From Planctomycetota bacterium (GTDB lineage: Bacteria; Planctomycetota; UBA8108; SXIK01): a stretch of 64,000 nt of DNA. The stretch lies in the NCBI GenBank assembly GCA_965223845.1, contig CBDCXR010000004.1, positions 3,104,001-3,168,000 of the forward strand, read 5' to 3'. The notes under the pieces were generated by a model, which did not search any database, was not told the origin of the DNA, and worked only from the letters and a program-made list of their open reading frames with translations. The translations under genes and the position numbers were made by a program. Shown here in pieces: positions 9,030 to 18,724 of this stretch; the stretch's first letter is position 1; the number at the start of each line of letters is the position of its first letter.

Positions 9030-11261
9030 TCAGCGAAAGCGAATCGCGTAGAGATCGGCGTCGCGGAGCACGAAACGCAATCGGATCGGCTTCCCACGGA
9101 GCCGACTGACGTCCGTTCCGCCCGCCCAGACGGCCGGGCGCTCGATCCAGTCACCGATCAACTCGCGGCTGTCTTCGAGACGAAAGCCCGGAATCGGGAC
9201 GCCGCTCGCGTCTTGGATCTCGACGCGAACGGATCCGGCAGCACTGGTCGCGTAGTTGAGGACGAGCTCTTGCACCGGAAACGCGCTTCCTGGTGGCAGC
9301 GAGGCGTCCTCGCCCCCTAAGGAGTTGTCGAGCCGGCCGCCGTCGTCGCCTTCCATAGAGAGGAGCACGCCGGCCGTCGCGGACGCTTGGATCGCCGTCG
9401 CCCCGCGCTCGGCGAGAGCAGCGATTTCTTCCGCTGAAAGCGCGCGCGAAAGGACCAGGACGTCGTCGACGAGACCGAGAAGGGGCTCGTTCTCCCGATC
9501 GGTAGGCGCGTAGTCCTCCCCGAGGAGAAGATTCCCGAGGCGAAGCGACACCTCTTCCGTCTTCTCCTCTCCTCCGCCGCCGACCTTCTTGCCGTCGAAG
9601 TAGATGGCAGCGACGCCGTCCCTCCATGTGAGCGCGAGGTGGTGCGTCTTCCCGTCGTTCCAGCTCCCCACGTCCTCGAGCTTCGCTCCGACGCGCTTCC
9701 CGTTCCAAAAGAAACGGATGCTCTCGTCGTTGTCGATCGCACCCCCCGAGTTGAAATCGAAGATGAGCTCGCCCGGCGCAGTCGAACCGCCGTCGTACGC
9801 GGAGAAGAGGCGCCGATGGCCCGGCGGAATGTCGCGGAGATGCGCGGAAAGAGTGAACGCGCGCCCGAGCTCCTGTGTCCCCGGAAGCTCGATCGTCGCC
9901 GGCGAACGGAACCGGAGTGAGTGACTACCGTCTAGAGCACCGTCGCCTTCGCGTCCGACCGGAGATGCCTTAGCGGACGACTCGCGCCACTTCCCTCGCC
10001 TGGCCTCCGTCTCTTCTTCCGGCGCCGCCGAGAAGACGAGCGGCTTCGTCCGCAACTCTCCCCCCGCGTACGAACCGTTTACGGAAACGAAACCGTCGAC
10101 TCGCAGCGAGTAGCGATCGATTCGCGCCGTCGGCTGACCGTAGTTCTTCTGGACCCAAATCGAGACTCGGCCGTCCCCCGTCGGCAGGATCCCGAGCGCC
10201 GGGTAGTTCGTGCGCGAGACCCAGTTCTCGACTCCCTGCCCCGGGCGGATGAAGGACTCGAGAAACATCCGCGAGTAGCGCGTCCCACCACGACTCGAGA
10301 GCAGAACGGCGTCGGAGATGTCTCCGAAGTAGCCCGGATCGACGTCGATCGCGCGCGCCTCTTCGGCCGAAAGTACGCGGCGGCCGGGCCAGAAGCGGGC
10401 CGCCACCGCAAGATAGATGTGCGGAGCGCGGTAGTAGGGATGCGTCTGGTTCGTGTAGAGGTGCTCCCAGGGCGTATCGCCGAAGCTCATCTCCTGCGGC
10501 TCGTCCCACTCGAGAAAGTCCTTCGACGTCGTCCGGCTCACGCTGCGGTATCCGCCCCAGGCGCCCGGCCCCGTCCACGTCCGGAAATAGCAGACGTAGA
10601 CGCCTTCCGACTCCGACCAAAACGGAACGTTTTGAGAATCGAAGGCGCCCTTCGTGATCACCGGTTCGTCCGCGATCTGCCGCCAGCGGATGCCGTCGGG
10701 CGACGCGAACGCGAGCAGTCCGGGACCGGCGCCTCCGAGCGCCTTGTACCTCGCCGAAGGCTCGGCCGCTGGATTTCGATCGATAAACGGCGAGAAATTG
10801 TGGGACGCGGGAGCGAAGCCCTTGAGGACGATGTTGTTCGACTTCGAGCCGTTCACCTCGAAGAGCCCGAGGTGCGGTTTCATCCAGACGAGTCCGTCCT
10901 TGCTCTCCGCGTAGCAAGTGCTTTCGACCGACGAACCGTCCGCTCCGGCAGACGGAAGCCCGCGATAGTACATGCGGAATCGATCGGTGTCGCGAAGAAC
11001 GGTGACGTACCCGCTGAATCGACCTTCCCACGGGTGGTAAAAAGCGAGGGCCTCGCCCTCGTACCGCGGATGGTGGAGACGCACGCGTGCGCCTTCGAGC
11101 TCGTCGATGAGAACATCGTCGACGAAGAGCTCGAGATGCGAACCGACGTCGACCGGTGCTTCCGCCGGCGCGGTGGGGCCGCCCCCATCGTCACGGAAGG
11201 CCACGCAGGCTACGGAAACCAGCGACACGAAAGGAAAAGCGAGTAGAGCGCGACTCATCAT
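9030..11261 (-). CDS. Secreted beta-propeller glycoside-hydrolase-like protein (GH32/43-type fold) with an inserted LamG/ConA-like domain
   Basis: LELFVDD, FRMYYRG, YAESKDG..W.KP, FDSQN, LRVDGFVS, C-terminal RLRFVLRDADLYAIRF; internal LamG-like segment (WNDGKTHHLALTW...IYFDG...GLVDDVLVLSRALSAEEI). Confidence 0.78.
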   Translation of the reverse strand: MMSRALLAFPFVSLVSVACVAFRDDGGGPTAPAEAPVDVGSHLELFVDDVLIDELEGARVRLHHPRYEGEALAFYHPWEGRFSGYVTVLRDTDRFRMYYRGLPSAGADGSSVESTCYAESKDGLVWMKPHLGLFEVNGSKSNNIVLKGFAPASHNFSPFIDRNPAAEPSARYKALGGAGPGLLAFASPDGIRWRQIADEPVITKGAFDSQNVPFWSESEGVYVCYFRTWTGPGAWGGYRSVSRTTSKDFLEWDEPQEMSFGDTPWEHLYTNQTHPYYRAPHIYLAVAARFWPGRRVLSAEEARAIDVDPGYFGDISDAVLLSSRGGTRYSRMFLESFIRPGQGVENWVSRTNYPALGILPTGDGRVSIWVQKNYGQPTARIDRYSLRVDGFVSVNGSYAGGELRTKPLVFSAAPEEETEARRGKWRESSAKASPVGREGDGALDGSHSLRFRSPATIELPGTQELGRAFTLSAHLRDIPPGHRRLFSAYDGGSTAPGELIFDFNSGGAIDNDESIRFFWNGKRVGAKLEDVGSWNDGKTHHLALTWRDGVAAIYFDGKKVGGGGEEKTEEVSLRLGNLLLGEDYAPTDRENEPLLGLVDDVLVLSRALSAEEIAALAERGATAIQASATAGVLLSMEGDDGGRLDNSLGGEDASLPPGSAFPVQELVLNYATSAAGSVRVEIQDASGVPIPGFRLEDSRELIGDWIERPAVWAGGTDVSRLRGKPIRLRFVLRDADLYAIRFR

Positions 11262-11368
11262 GCTCCGAAGGATACTCGATCTACGCCTCGGATCATCGGT
11301 TTCCCTTCCGCACCCTCCTTCGTGTCTTTCGCGGTACCGCTCTCTTGGCGCAGGGAATCGAGGCGAGT

Positions 11369-12490
11369 CTACGCGCTCGCGGAATCGGACGAATCCGAAG
11401 GCTTGTCGGACTCCTTCGGCTCCTTCGTATTCTTCGCCTCCAAGCGACCGGAGAACTCCCGCGATCCGGATCGGTCGCCGAATTCGAACTTGACCGTGCC
11501 CTTCACGGTTCCCTTGCTCAGCTTGCCCTCGAAATGAAACCGGAAGCTGCCGCGATCGGTGTCGCCGGAGAGCTCGAACGAAAGAACACCGTCCTTCACC
11601 TGAACGTTCTTCGCTTCGCGCTTGCCGTACGCGCTTTCGTACTCGCCGCGGAGCTTGTCGCCGTCGGCGGTGATCGCGAGCTTCGACTTCATCGTTTCGC
11701 CGTTCTCACGCTGGCTCTCGAGATGCCAGACTCCGACCACGGTTTCCTTGGCCGTCTCTCGCCGCCCCACGAATTTGGCCGTCCCCTCGTTACCGCCGAA
11801 ATCGTAGGAAACCGTACCCGCGATGACGTTTCCGCGAACCGTGCCGGCGTACTTCACCCGGAACTCGTCCCCGCTATCCGTTTCGCCGGAAAACGCAAAC
11901 GAGAGTTCGGTTCCGCTCAGCATCACCGTCTCGATCTCGCGCTCGGAACGCGGTCCGGTATACTGTCCCTTCAGGCGATCGCCGGCGAGGGAGATCTTGA
12001 GCCGCGTTTTGATCTTCTCGCCCTCGCCACGCGCGATCTCGAAGTTCCACACGCCGACGACGTCCTTCGGCGCAACCTTCCGCTTGGCGTGCCAGTCGAG
12101 CGTTCTGGTCTGACCGTTGCGGCGGGTAAACTCGATCGTCCCCTTGATTCCGTCCGCCGCGATCGTGCCGCGATACTCGGACTTGAATCGGCGGTCGCCG
12201 AATTGACGTGTGATCGCGAACGAGATCTTGTCCCCCTCGAGCGTGAGCTCCTCGACGGCGGATTCTCCGCGGCGGGTGCTGTACGTCCCCGCGAGCTTGC
12301 CGTCGCGAGAGTGGAGCGTGAGCGTACTCGTAAACACGCGATCTCCGCGGGTTCGCTCCCACGTGTACGTTCCCGTCGGGTCGAGCCCAGACGAGCTCCC
12401 CGGTGCGTCGCTGGCCTCGTCGGCGACGAGAGGAGACAGTCCGAACGCGAAAACCACCCAACACCATCGGCTACTCTCGATGCGATTCAT
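11369..12490 (-). CDS. Secreted protein with three tandem ~95-aa beta-barrel-like repeats
   Basis: RBS AGGAGAGG; signal peptide; repeats starting TGTYTW / VGVWNF / VGVWHL and ending IKGTIEF / IAGTVSY / VKGTVKF. Confidence 0.82.
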   Translation of the reverse strand: MNRIESSRWCWVVFAFGLSPLVADEASDAPGSSSGLDPTGTYTWERTRGDRVFTSTLTLHSRDGKLAGTYSTRRGESAVEELTLEGDKISFAITRQFGDRRFKSEYRGTIAADGIKGTIEFTRRNGQTRTLDWHAKRKVAPKDVVGVWNFEIARGEGEKIKTRLKISLAGDRLKGQYTGPRSEREIETVMLSGTELSFAFSGETDSGDEFRVKYAGTVRGNVIAGTVSYDFGGNEGTAKFVGRRETAKETVVGVWHLESQRENGETMKSKLAITADGDKLRGEYESAYGKREAKNVQVKDGVLSFELSGDTDRGSFRFHFEGKLSKGTVKGTVKFEFGDRSGSREFSGRLEAKNTKEPKESDKPSDSSDSASA

Positions 12491-12834
12491 GCGAACCTCT
12501 CCTATCGAGGCGGGTAGCGGGAACTCAACCTCGAGTGGGGCTCACTAGTGATGGAGCTCCTCTCGAGCCAACGCGATTCTCGTCGCGAACGATCCAGTGC
12601 AGATCGAACCGTGCCCGTTCAGTCTGATCCGGCGAAGGCGCGATTGCGAGAACTTCGCGCCGGGATTCTCCCGTCTCCAGTGTCCGCGATCGAATCCCGG
12701 CGAAGCAGCAGCGGTTGGCGCTGGTAGCGCCCCGCGAGATCGGTCATGCTCGCTGGCGGGGTACTGGCCGGTCGCCGGGAGCAAGTGCTTGTCCGGCGAA
12801 CTCGGCCTCGGCTGAATCGCCGAGGCGTTGATTC

Positions 12835-13779
12835 ATGAGTCCGGTTCGAAGGCGAACCATTTCTGTTCTATCGCTTGGTGCCGTTGCCGTCGGCGTGGTG
12901 CTGATTCTCTGGCCGCGCGTTCAGGAATCGCTCGCACTTCGCCGCTTGGAGTCTGATCACGCGGAGACTCGACACGCGGCCGCCCGTTGGCTTGGAGGCC
13001 ACAAGTCCAAACGCGCGATCCGGCCGCTCCTCGATCTCGCGGCAGACGACTCGAGGGATCCGCATTCGTCGCTGCCCGACGACCACTACGCGAGAGTTGC
13101 GCTCCGAGCGATCGGGCCGGATTCCCTGCGCGTATTCCTCCAGACCTGCCGCTCGAACCCGTATTCTGGAGCTCGGTCGCTCGAAGACTTGCCAAAACCC
13201 TTCGTCGACTTTTACGTCGTCGGTTGGATTCTCGTAGACGACTTGGGGAGAGAATCGATCCCCGTTCTCTATGAATCCCTTTCCTACGATTCCGGCTGCG
13301 TACGATATTTTGCTCTCACCGCACTTCAGTCGTTCCGGGACGAACGCTTCGACTTCGACGCCATGGTCGCATTGATCGCACCCATCCTTCACGACGATCG
13401 TTGGAATGGACTCCAGGAGTCTGCGGTAAGAATGCTCTGCCGAATGGGAGAACACGCGGGATCCGATCAGCACCAGGACAGGATCTTGAAACTGATCACG
13501 AAACTGCTCGAAACGAGGGATCCGTTTCTGCGGAACGCAGTGGTCGAGTGCCTTGGAACATTCGGTCGGCGGGCGGAATCGGTCGTCCCCTTCGTGGTGA
13601 ACTGGGCGCTGGAGACGCGCGAGTCACAACCCGGTTTCTACGAGACCGCGTTCGAGTGCCTCGCGCGGATCGGAATCCCCGCGCTCGACTACGTAAGAAG
13701 GCGAAGTGAAACATCGGCAGGTGAGAGTCGAGTCGAGGACCTTTATCTCGCCCTCGAAGACGCGGTTTCACGAAGGTGA
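12835..13779 (+). CDS. HEAT/armadillo-like repeat protein with N-terminal membrane anchor
   Basis: Hydrophobic N-terminus; helical repeats RHAAARWLG, ARVALRAIG, VRYFALTAL, LRNAVVECLG, FECLARIG. Confidence 0.75.
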   Translation: MSPVRRRTISVLSLGAVAVGVVLILWPRVQESLALRRLESDHAETRHAAARWLGGHKSKRAIRPLLDLAADDSRDPHSSLPDDHYARVALRAIGPDSLRVFLQTCRSNPYSGARSLEDLPKPFVDFYVVGWILVDDLGRESIPVLYESLSYDSGCVRYFALTALQSFRDERFDFDAMVALIAPILHDDRWNGLQESAVRMLCRMGEHAGSDQHQDRILKLITKLLETRDPFLRNAVVECLGTFGRRAESVVPFVVNWALETRESQPGFYETAFECLARIGIPALDYVRRRSETSAGESRVEDLYLALEDAVSRR

Positions 13780-13957
13780 TGTTCGCTACGACGCTTTCCA
13801 CTCGGCGTGGTTTGTAAGAGCTGGAGTTCGCGCGTTCGAGACGACACAACGACTCTGGCGGCTGCGAGCTTCACGACAAATCGGAGAACGGGAAAGAATC
13901 GGTCGGGCTCGATCACCAGGTCGTCCCCGCCGGCCCTTTTGAACTAGGAGGCCTCCC

Positions 13958-16900
13958 GTGACGAAGACACTCGCGCGAGTCGCAGCACTCGCATTGGTTT
14001 CGATCGGCGGCGTCTCGGCCGGCGAAGAGCGCGCGAGCCCCGCCGCGCCCGACTCCGTCCAATTCTCGGTCCGCTCCGTGCGAACGGGCGATTGGTCGAA
14101 TGCGTCCACGTGGAGCCCGGCCCGGGTTCCGGGGAGCGGTGATCGTGTCCTCGTCGCCGGTGGGACGACCGTCCGCTACGACGTGACGAGCTCTGCCGTG
14201 CTCCGCCTCGTCCAGGTCGTCGGAGTGCTCGAGTTCGCGCGCGATCGAGACACCGAACTGAACGTCGGCCTCCTCAAGATCCAAAACAGCGACGCGTGTC
14301 GCGAGAACGGGTTCGCCTGCGATTTCCACGGCGTGAACGAAGCCGGCGAGCCGCAGATCGGTCCCTCGAGCCGCCGACCGGCGCTCATCGTCGGCACTCC
14401 CGAGAATCCGATTCCACCCGATCGCACAGCGAAGATTCGGCTCCACTTCGTAGAGGGCATGAACGCCGACGACGCTCCCGCTCTCGCGTGCTGCTCCGCG
14501 CGAATGGAGCTCCACGGTGCACCTCTCCGTCGCACGTGGACGAAGCTCGACCGGGACGTCCAGCCGGGGGCATCGAGGGTCCGGGTCGCCGCTGACGTCA
14601 GCGACTGGCGCGTCGGCGACGAGGTGATCGTCACGGGAACCCATCGGAGCGACGGTTTCGGGTCGTTTCGACCCGGCGCGCGGAGAGAGAGGAAAGCTCA
14701 AACGGAACGCCGCCGCGTCGCCACCGTCGACGGCACCGAGCTCGTGCTCGATGCTCCGCTCAAATTCGAGCACTCCGGAAGCGGCGAGTTCCGGAGCGAA
14801 GTCGCAAACCTCTCTCGCAGCGTCGTCGTCGAAAGCGCGGATCCGAACGGGGTGCGCGGCCACACGGTCTACCACCGATTCAGTCGCGGCAGCGTGAGCT
14901 ACGCACGCTTCGCTCACCTCGGGAAGGAAGGCGTCCTCGGACGCTACGCGATTCACTTTCACGTCGTCGGCGACACGATGCGCGGGAGCAGTGTCGTCGG
15001 CGCGGCGATCGTCGATTCCCACAATCGCTGGATCACGGTTCACGGGACGGACTATCTCATCGTCCGCGACTGCGTGGGGTACGGAAGCGTCGGCCACGGC
15101 TTCTTCCTCGAAGACGGGTCGGAGGTCTACAACCTGTTCGAGCGGAATCTCGGCGTCCACGCCTACCGCGGCGAGAGGCTCCCGAAGCAGGTCCTCGGGT
15201 TCGATCCGAACGATGGCGCCGCGTTCTGGTGGGCGAACGGGCGCAACACGTTCGTGCGAAACGTCGCGGTCGAGAACGACGAGTACGGCTTCCGCTACGA
15301 CATGCAGAAAACGTCGCGTTTCGACTCGGAGATCTTTGTCGCACACCCGAGCGGAGGAACGCAGCGCGTCGACGTGCGCACGATCCCGATCTGGCGCTTC
15401 GAGGACAATGAGGCGCACGGAAACTTCGCGGGCATGGTGGTCGCGGCGAACGGGGGCCGTCAGCCCGACGCGCCGATCCGAGACGCCGGGATGCTCCGGC
15501 GCATCCGATCGATCGATTGGACGGGTCCCGATCGCCGCCATCCGCACGTCATCCGCGGCTTCAAGATCTGGGAAAGCCACTACGCGTTTCGCCCACAGAG
15601 CCCGTCGATGCTCATGGAAGGAATCCGAATCGATCGGGCCGCGTACGGGATTTACCGCCCCGCGTTCGACAACCACGTCTACCGCCAGCTCCGAATGTCT
15701 CGCGTGGGACCGGAGCCGTTCAATCGCGGGATGGACGACGCGAGCGCTCAGTTCGGATCGATCACCGTCGACGGCTTCGTGATCGACGACCTCGGCCGCG
15801 GCAACGATCGCCATCCGTACGTCCACATGACGGACAATGCTCTCGCGGCCGGCGCAGAGTGTCACTTCCGCGGCATCGAGATCAAATCCGCCGCTGGTAA
15901 GCGCCCCCTTTTCAACCGCGGCGGCAGCGTCCGCGCTGATCCTTTCGTCGAGCGGGGAGTCCCCTACTACGTTCACGACCACTTCGGACCGGGACGCGAC
16001 GCGCGCATAGTGAGCGCGAAAGCAGTGGATCTTCTCGCGGATGGGAAGGCGTACCGTGAGGAGCGCCCGCTCACCGGAGACGAGTCGCGCATCGCGGAGG
16101 TTGGGGACGTCGAGTGGCCCGAGCTCCTCGATCCGGTCGACGACCTGCCGCCGGCGACGGTCATCACGTCGACTGCGCGCGAAGGGAGTCGGCTTCGCGT
16201 TCGCGGCGTTTCTCACGACAACGGCGAGATCACATCGGTCGTCGTGAGCGGATCGCGAGCGAAGCTGAGCGCGAAGGGGGGAGGAATCTATGATTGGATC
16301 GCGACGATCGACGTTCCTTCCTCCGGTGCCGTCGTCGCTCGCGCGACCGACAAGGCCGGCAACGTCGAGCAGACGCCCCACCGCGTCGATACGCCGCTAC
16401 TCGCGAGCGCGAACGCCGGAACGAAGATTCGCGTCGCCGCGATTTCGTTCGTCCCGAAGAAATTCGGCCTCGACGAGAACGCCGACACCCTCGAGCGAGC
16501 GTACCGCGATGCCGCCGCCGGTGGCGCACAGCTCGCCGTTGCGCCGGAAGGGGCACTCGACGGCTACGTCGTGAACGAGATCATCGCGGGCGACGAGCCG
16601 AGCGCGCGGATGAACGAAGTCGCGATCGCGCTCGACGGTCCGGTGATCCGGCGCTTCCGGACTCTTGCGCGCGAGCTCGCGATGTGCCTCGTTTTCGGCT
16701 TCGCCGAGCGGGAGAACGGAGACGTCTTCAACTGCGCCGTCTTCATCGACGATCGCGGGAAAATCCGCGGCAAGTACCACAAGATGCAGTTCGCCGAAGG
16801 CTACGATTCCGCGTGGTGGTTCAATCGACTCGGGCGCCGGAGTCGGTCGTTCGAGACTCCGTTTGGGCGCTGCGGCATTCTCATCTGCAACGACCGCTGG

Positions 16901-17296
16901 AACCCCGATCTCGCGCGAATTCCGGTTCTCGACGGCGCGCGTTTCTTAATCGTTCCCGCCTTCGGGTCGCGGGCGAAGACCCAGGACGACGCGGTGCTGA
17001 GCCGCGCGCGCGAGAACGACGTCCCGATCGTCGAAGCGAACGTCGGGGTCGGACTCGTGATCGATGGCGGTGAAATCCAGAGCGTCGCTCGCGACGAGGT
17101 CGCTATTGTGCACGGCGAAATCACTGTGCCGCCTCCGACAGCGAGTCGACCCGGAGAGCGCGACGGGGTCGAACGGAAATTTCTCGATTGGCGGCGCGGC
17201 GAGATGGAGCGTCGGCTCGCAAAAACGATGGACCGCATTCGCGAGAAGCGCAGCAAAGCCGCGAGCGAAGCGAAGGCGCGCTCGGCGTCAAATTAG
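13958..17296 (+). CDS. Secreted G8-domain/parallel beta-helix protein fused to a carbon-nitrogen hydrolase (nitrilase-family) domain
   Basis: RBS AGGAGG before GTG; signal peptide; G8 start SVRTGDWSNASTW..RVP..GDRV; GRYAIHFH and SHNRWITVHGT motifs; from ~16420 a nitrilase fold with triad APEG / YHK / ICND. Confidence 0.88.
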   Translation: MTKTLARVAALALVSIGGVSAGEERASPAAPDSVQFSVRSVRTGDWSNASTWSPARVPGSGDRVLVAGGTTVRYDVTSSAVLRLVQVVGVLEFARDRDTELNVGLLKIQNSDACRENGFACDFHGVNEAGEPQIGPSSRRPALIVGTPENPIPPDRTAKIRLHFVEGMNADDAPALACCSARMELHGAPLRRTWTKLDRDVQPGASRVRVAADVSDWRVGDEVIVTGTHRSDGFGSFRPGARRERKAQTERRRVATVDGTELVLDAPLKFEHSGSGEFRSEVANLSRSVVVESADPNGVRGHTVYHRFSRGSVSYARFAHLGKEGVLGRYAIHFHVVGDTMRGSSVVGAAIVDSHNRWITVHGTDYLIVRDCVGYGSVGHGFFLEDGSEVYNLFERNLGVHAYRGERLPKQVLGFDPNDGAAFWWANGRNTFVRNVAVENDEYGFRYDMQKTSRFDSEIFVAHPSGGTQRVDVRTIPIWRFEDNEAHGNFAGMVVAANGGRQPDAPIRDAGMLRRIRSIDWTGPDRRHPHVIRGFKIWESHYAFRPQSPSMLMEGIRIDRAAYGIYRPAFDNHVYRQLRMSRVGPEPFNRGMDDASAQFGSITVDGFVIDDLGRGNDRHPYVHMTDNALAAGAECHFRGIEIKSAAGKRPLFNRGGSVRADPFVERGVPYYVHDHFGPGRDARIVSAKAVDLLADGKAYREERPLTGDESRIAEVGDVEWPELLDPVDDLPPATVITSTAREGSRLRVRGVSHDNGEITSVVVSGSRAKLSAKGGGIYDWIATIDVPSSGAVVARATDKAGNVEQTPHRVDTPLLASANAGTKIRVAAISFVPKKFGLDENADTLERAYRDAAAGGAQLAVAPEGALDGYVVNEIIAGDEPSARMNEVAIALDGPVIRRFRTLARELAMCLVFGFAERENGDVFNCAVFIDDRGKIRGKYHKMQFAEGYDSAWWFNRLGRRSRSFETPFGRCGILICNDRWNPDLARIPVLDGARFLIVPAFGSRAKTQDDAVLSRARENDVPIVEANVGVGLVIDGGEIQSVARDEVAIVHGEITVPPPTASRPGERDGVERKFLDWRRGEMERRLAKTMDRIREKRSKAASEAKARSASN

Positions 17297-18634
17297 CTCG
17301 TCGATCGGATCGCGGTGATCGAGTAGGTACTGCGGGCGTCCGCTGTGATCCTCGAGCGTCGCCGTGTGCGTGTCGATGCCGAGACGATCGTACAGGGTCG
17401 CGAACACGTTCTGATAGTGGACGGGTCGGTCCTTCGGCTCCTCGGCGTAGCGATTCGTTGAGCCGATCACCTGTCCGGTGCGCATTCCGCCGCCCGCGAG
17501 GATCGCGCACGAGGCCCGCGGCCAGTGGTCACGTCCCCCACCCTTGTTGATCTTCGGCGTGCGGCCGAACTCGCCCCACGCGATTACGCTCACGTCCTTC
17601 TCGAGTCCGCGGTCGTGCAAATCCTGGACGAGGGCGGTGAGCCCTTGATCGAGCTTCGCCATCTGAATCGGAAGTCGCGTGAAGTTCGCGCCGTGGCGAT
17701 CCCAGCTTCCGAACGAGAGCGTCACACAGCGCACTCCCGCTTCGACGAGACGGCGCGCCATGAGGAACTGATCCATCCAATGCGGCCCCGCGTCCTCGCC
17801 GAAGGCCGGCGACGCGCTCCCGCGGCCGTAGCGGTCGCGGATCCGCGGATCCTCCCGCTCGAGGTCCATCGCCTCGACGAGGCGGCTCGACGTGAGCACT
17901 TCGAACGCGCGCTGGCGATAGATCCCGGCCGTCTCTACGTTTTCACTGACGTCGAGACGACGGCGAAATTGATCGAGGCTCGCGAGGAGCTGCTTCCGAT
18001 CGCCCAGTCGGTCGAGCGTGACGCCCTGGAGCGTCATGTCGTCCATACCTTGGCTCTGAGGCTGGAACGGCGCGTGCGCCGCGCCAAGAAAACCCGGAAG
18101 CCCGGGATTCGAGTACGGCGCGTGACGCGTCTTGATGGTCAGCCCGACGAACGGCGGTACGCTGCGATCGACCGGGCCGTAGATCTTCGAGAGCGCCGAT
18201 CCGAGGGACGGCATCCCCGATTGATTCTTCCCGCGGCCGATGGGATGTCCGCTGAGGCACAAATCCGAGGCGTGCTGATCGGGACAACCATGGAGCGACC
18301 GGATGATGGCGAACTTGTCCATCATTCTCGCGAGACGCGGCATGTGCTCGCAGATTTCGATCCCGGAGACGTTCGTACGGATCGGCTTGAACGTCCCGCG
18401 GATCTCGGACGGCGCGTCGGGCTTCAGGTCGACGGTGTCCTGATGCGACGGACCACCCGAAAGGAAGATCATGATGATCGCCTTGTGCCCGAGGCCGCCG
18501 TCCGCATTTGCGCTCTGCGCGCGCAGGACTTCGGGAAGCGAGAGGCCTCCGAGCGCGAGGCCGCCGAGGCGAAGAAACGCCCGGCGATGGAAACCGTCGC
18601 AGAAGCGATCGCCCCGTCCGTAAATCGTCAGCAT
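17288..18634 (-). CDS. DUF1501 domain-containing protein
   Basis: RBS GAGGAG before ATG 18634 (MLTIYG); RRAFL; LSGGPSHQDT.DLKP, ARRLVEAGVR, WD.H, GEFGRTP, GRDHW. Confidence 0.93.
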   Translation of the reverse strand: MLTIYGRGDRFCDGFHRRAFLRLGGLALGGLSLPEVLRAQSANADGGLGHKAIIMIFLSGGPSHQDTVDLKPDAPSEIRGTFKPIRTNVSGIEICEHMPRLARMMDKFAIIRSLHGCPDQHASDLCLSGHPIGRGKNQSGMPSLGSALSKIYGPVDRSVPPFVGLTIKTRHAPYSNPGLPGFLGAAHAPFQPQSQGMDDMTLQGVTLDRLGDRKQLLASLDQFRRRLDVSENVETAGIYRQRAFEVLTSSRLVEAMDLEREDPRIRDRYGRGSASPAFGEDAGPHWMDQFLMARRLVEAGVRCVTLSFGSWDRHGANFTRLPIQMAKLDQGLTALVQDLHDRGLEKDVSVIAWGEFGRTPKINKGGGRDHWPRASCAILAGGGMRTGQVIGSTNRYAEEPKDRPVHYQNVFATLYDRLGIDTHTATLEDHSGRPQYLLDHRDPIDELI

Positions 18635-18724
18635 GCGATCTCCTCGGATCGGAATCCGTAGAACCTGACGCAGCGGCGAGATGGTATCCGAACTCCCCAC
18701 CGGACGGAAGCGATGTCGATGGCC

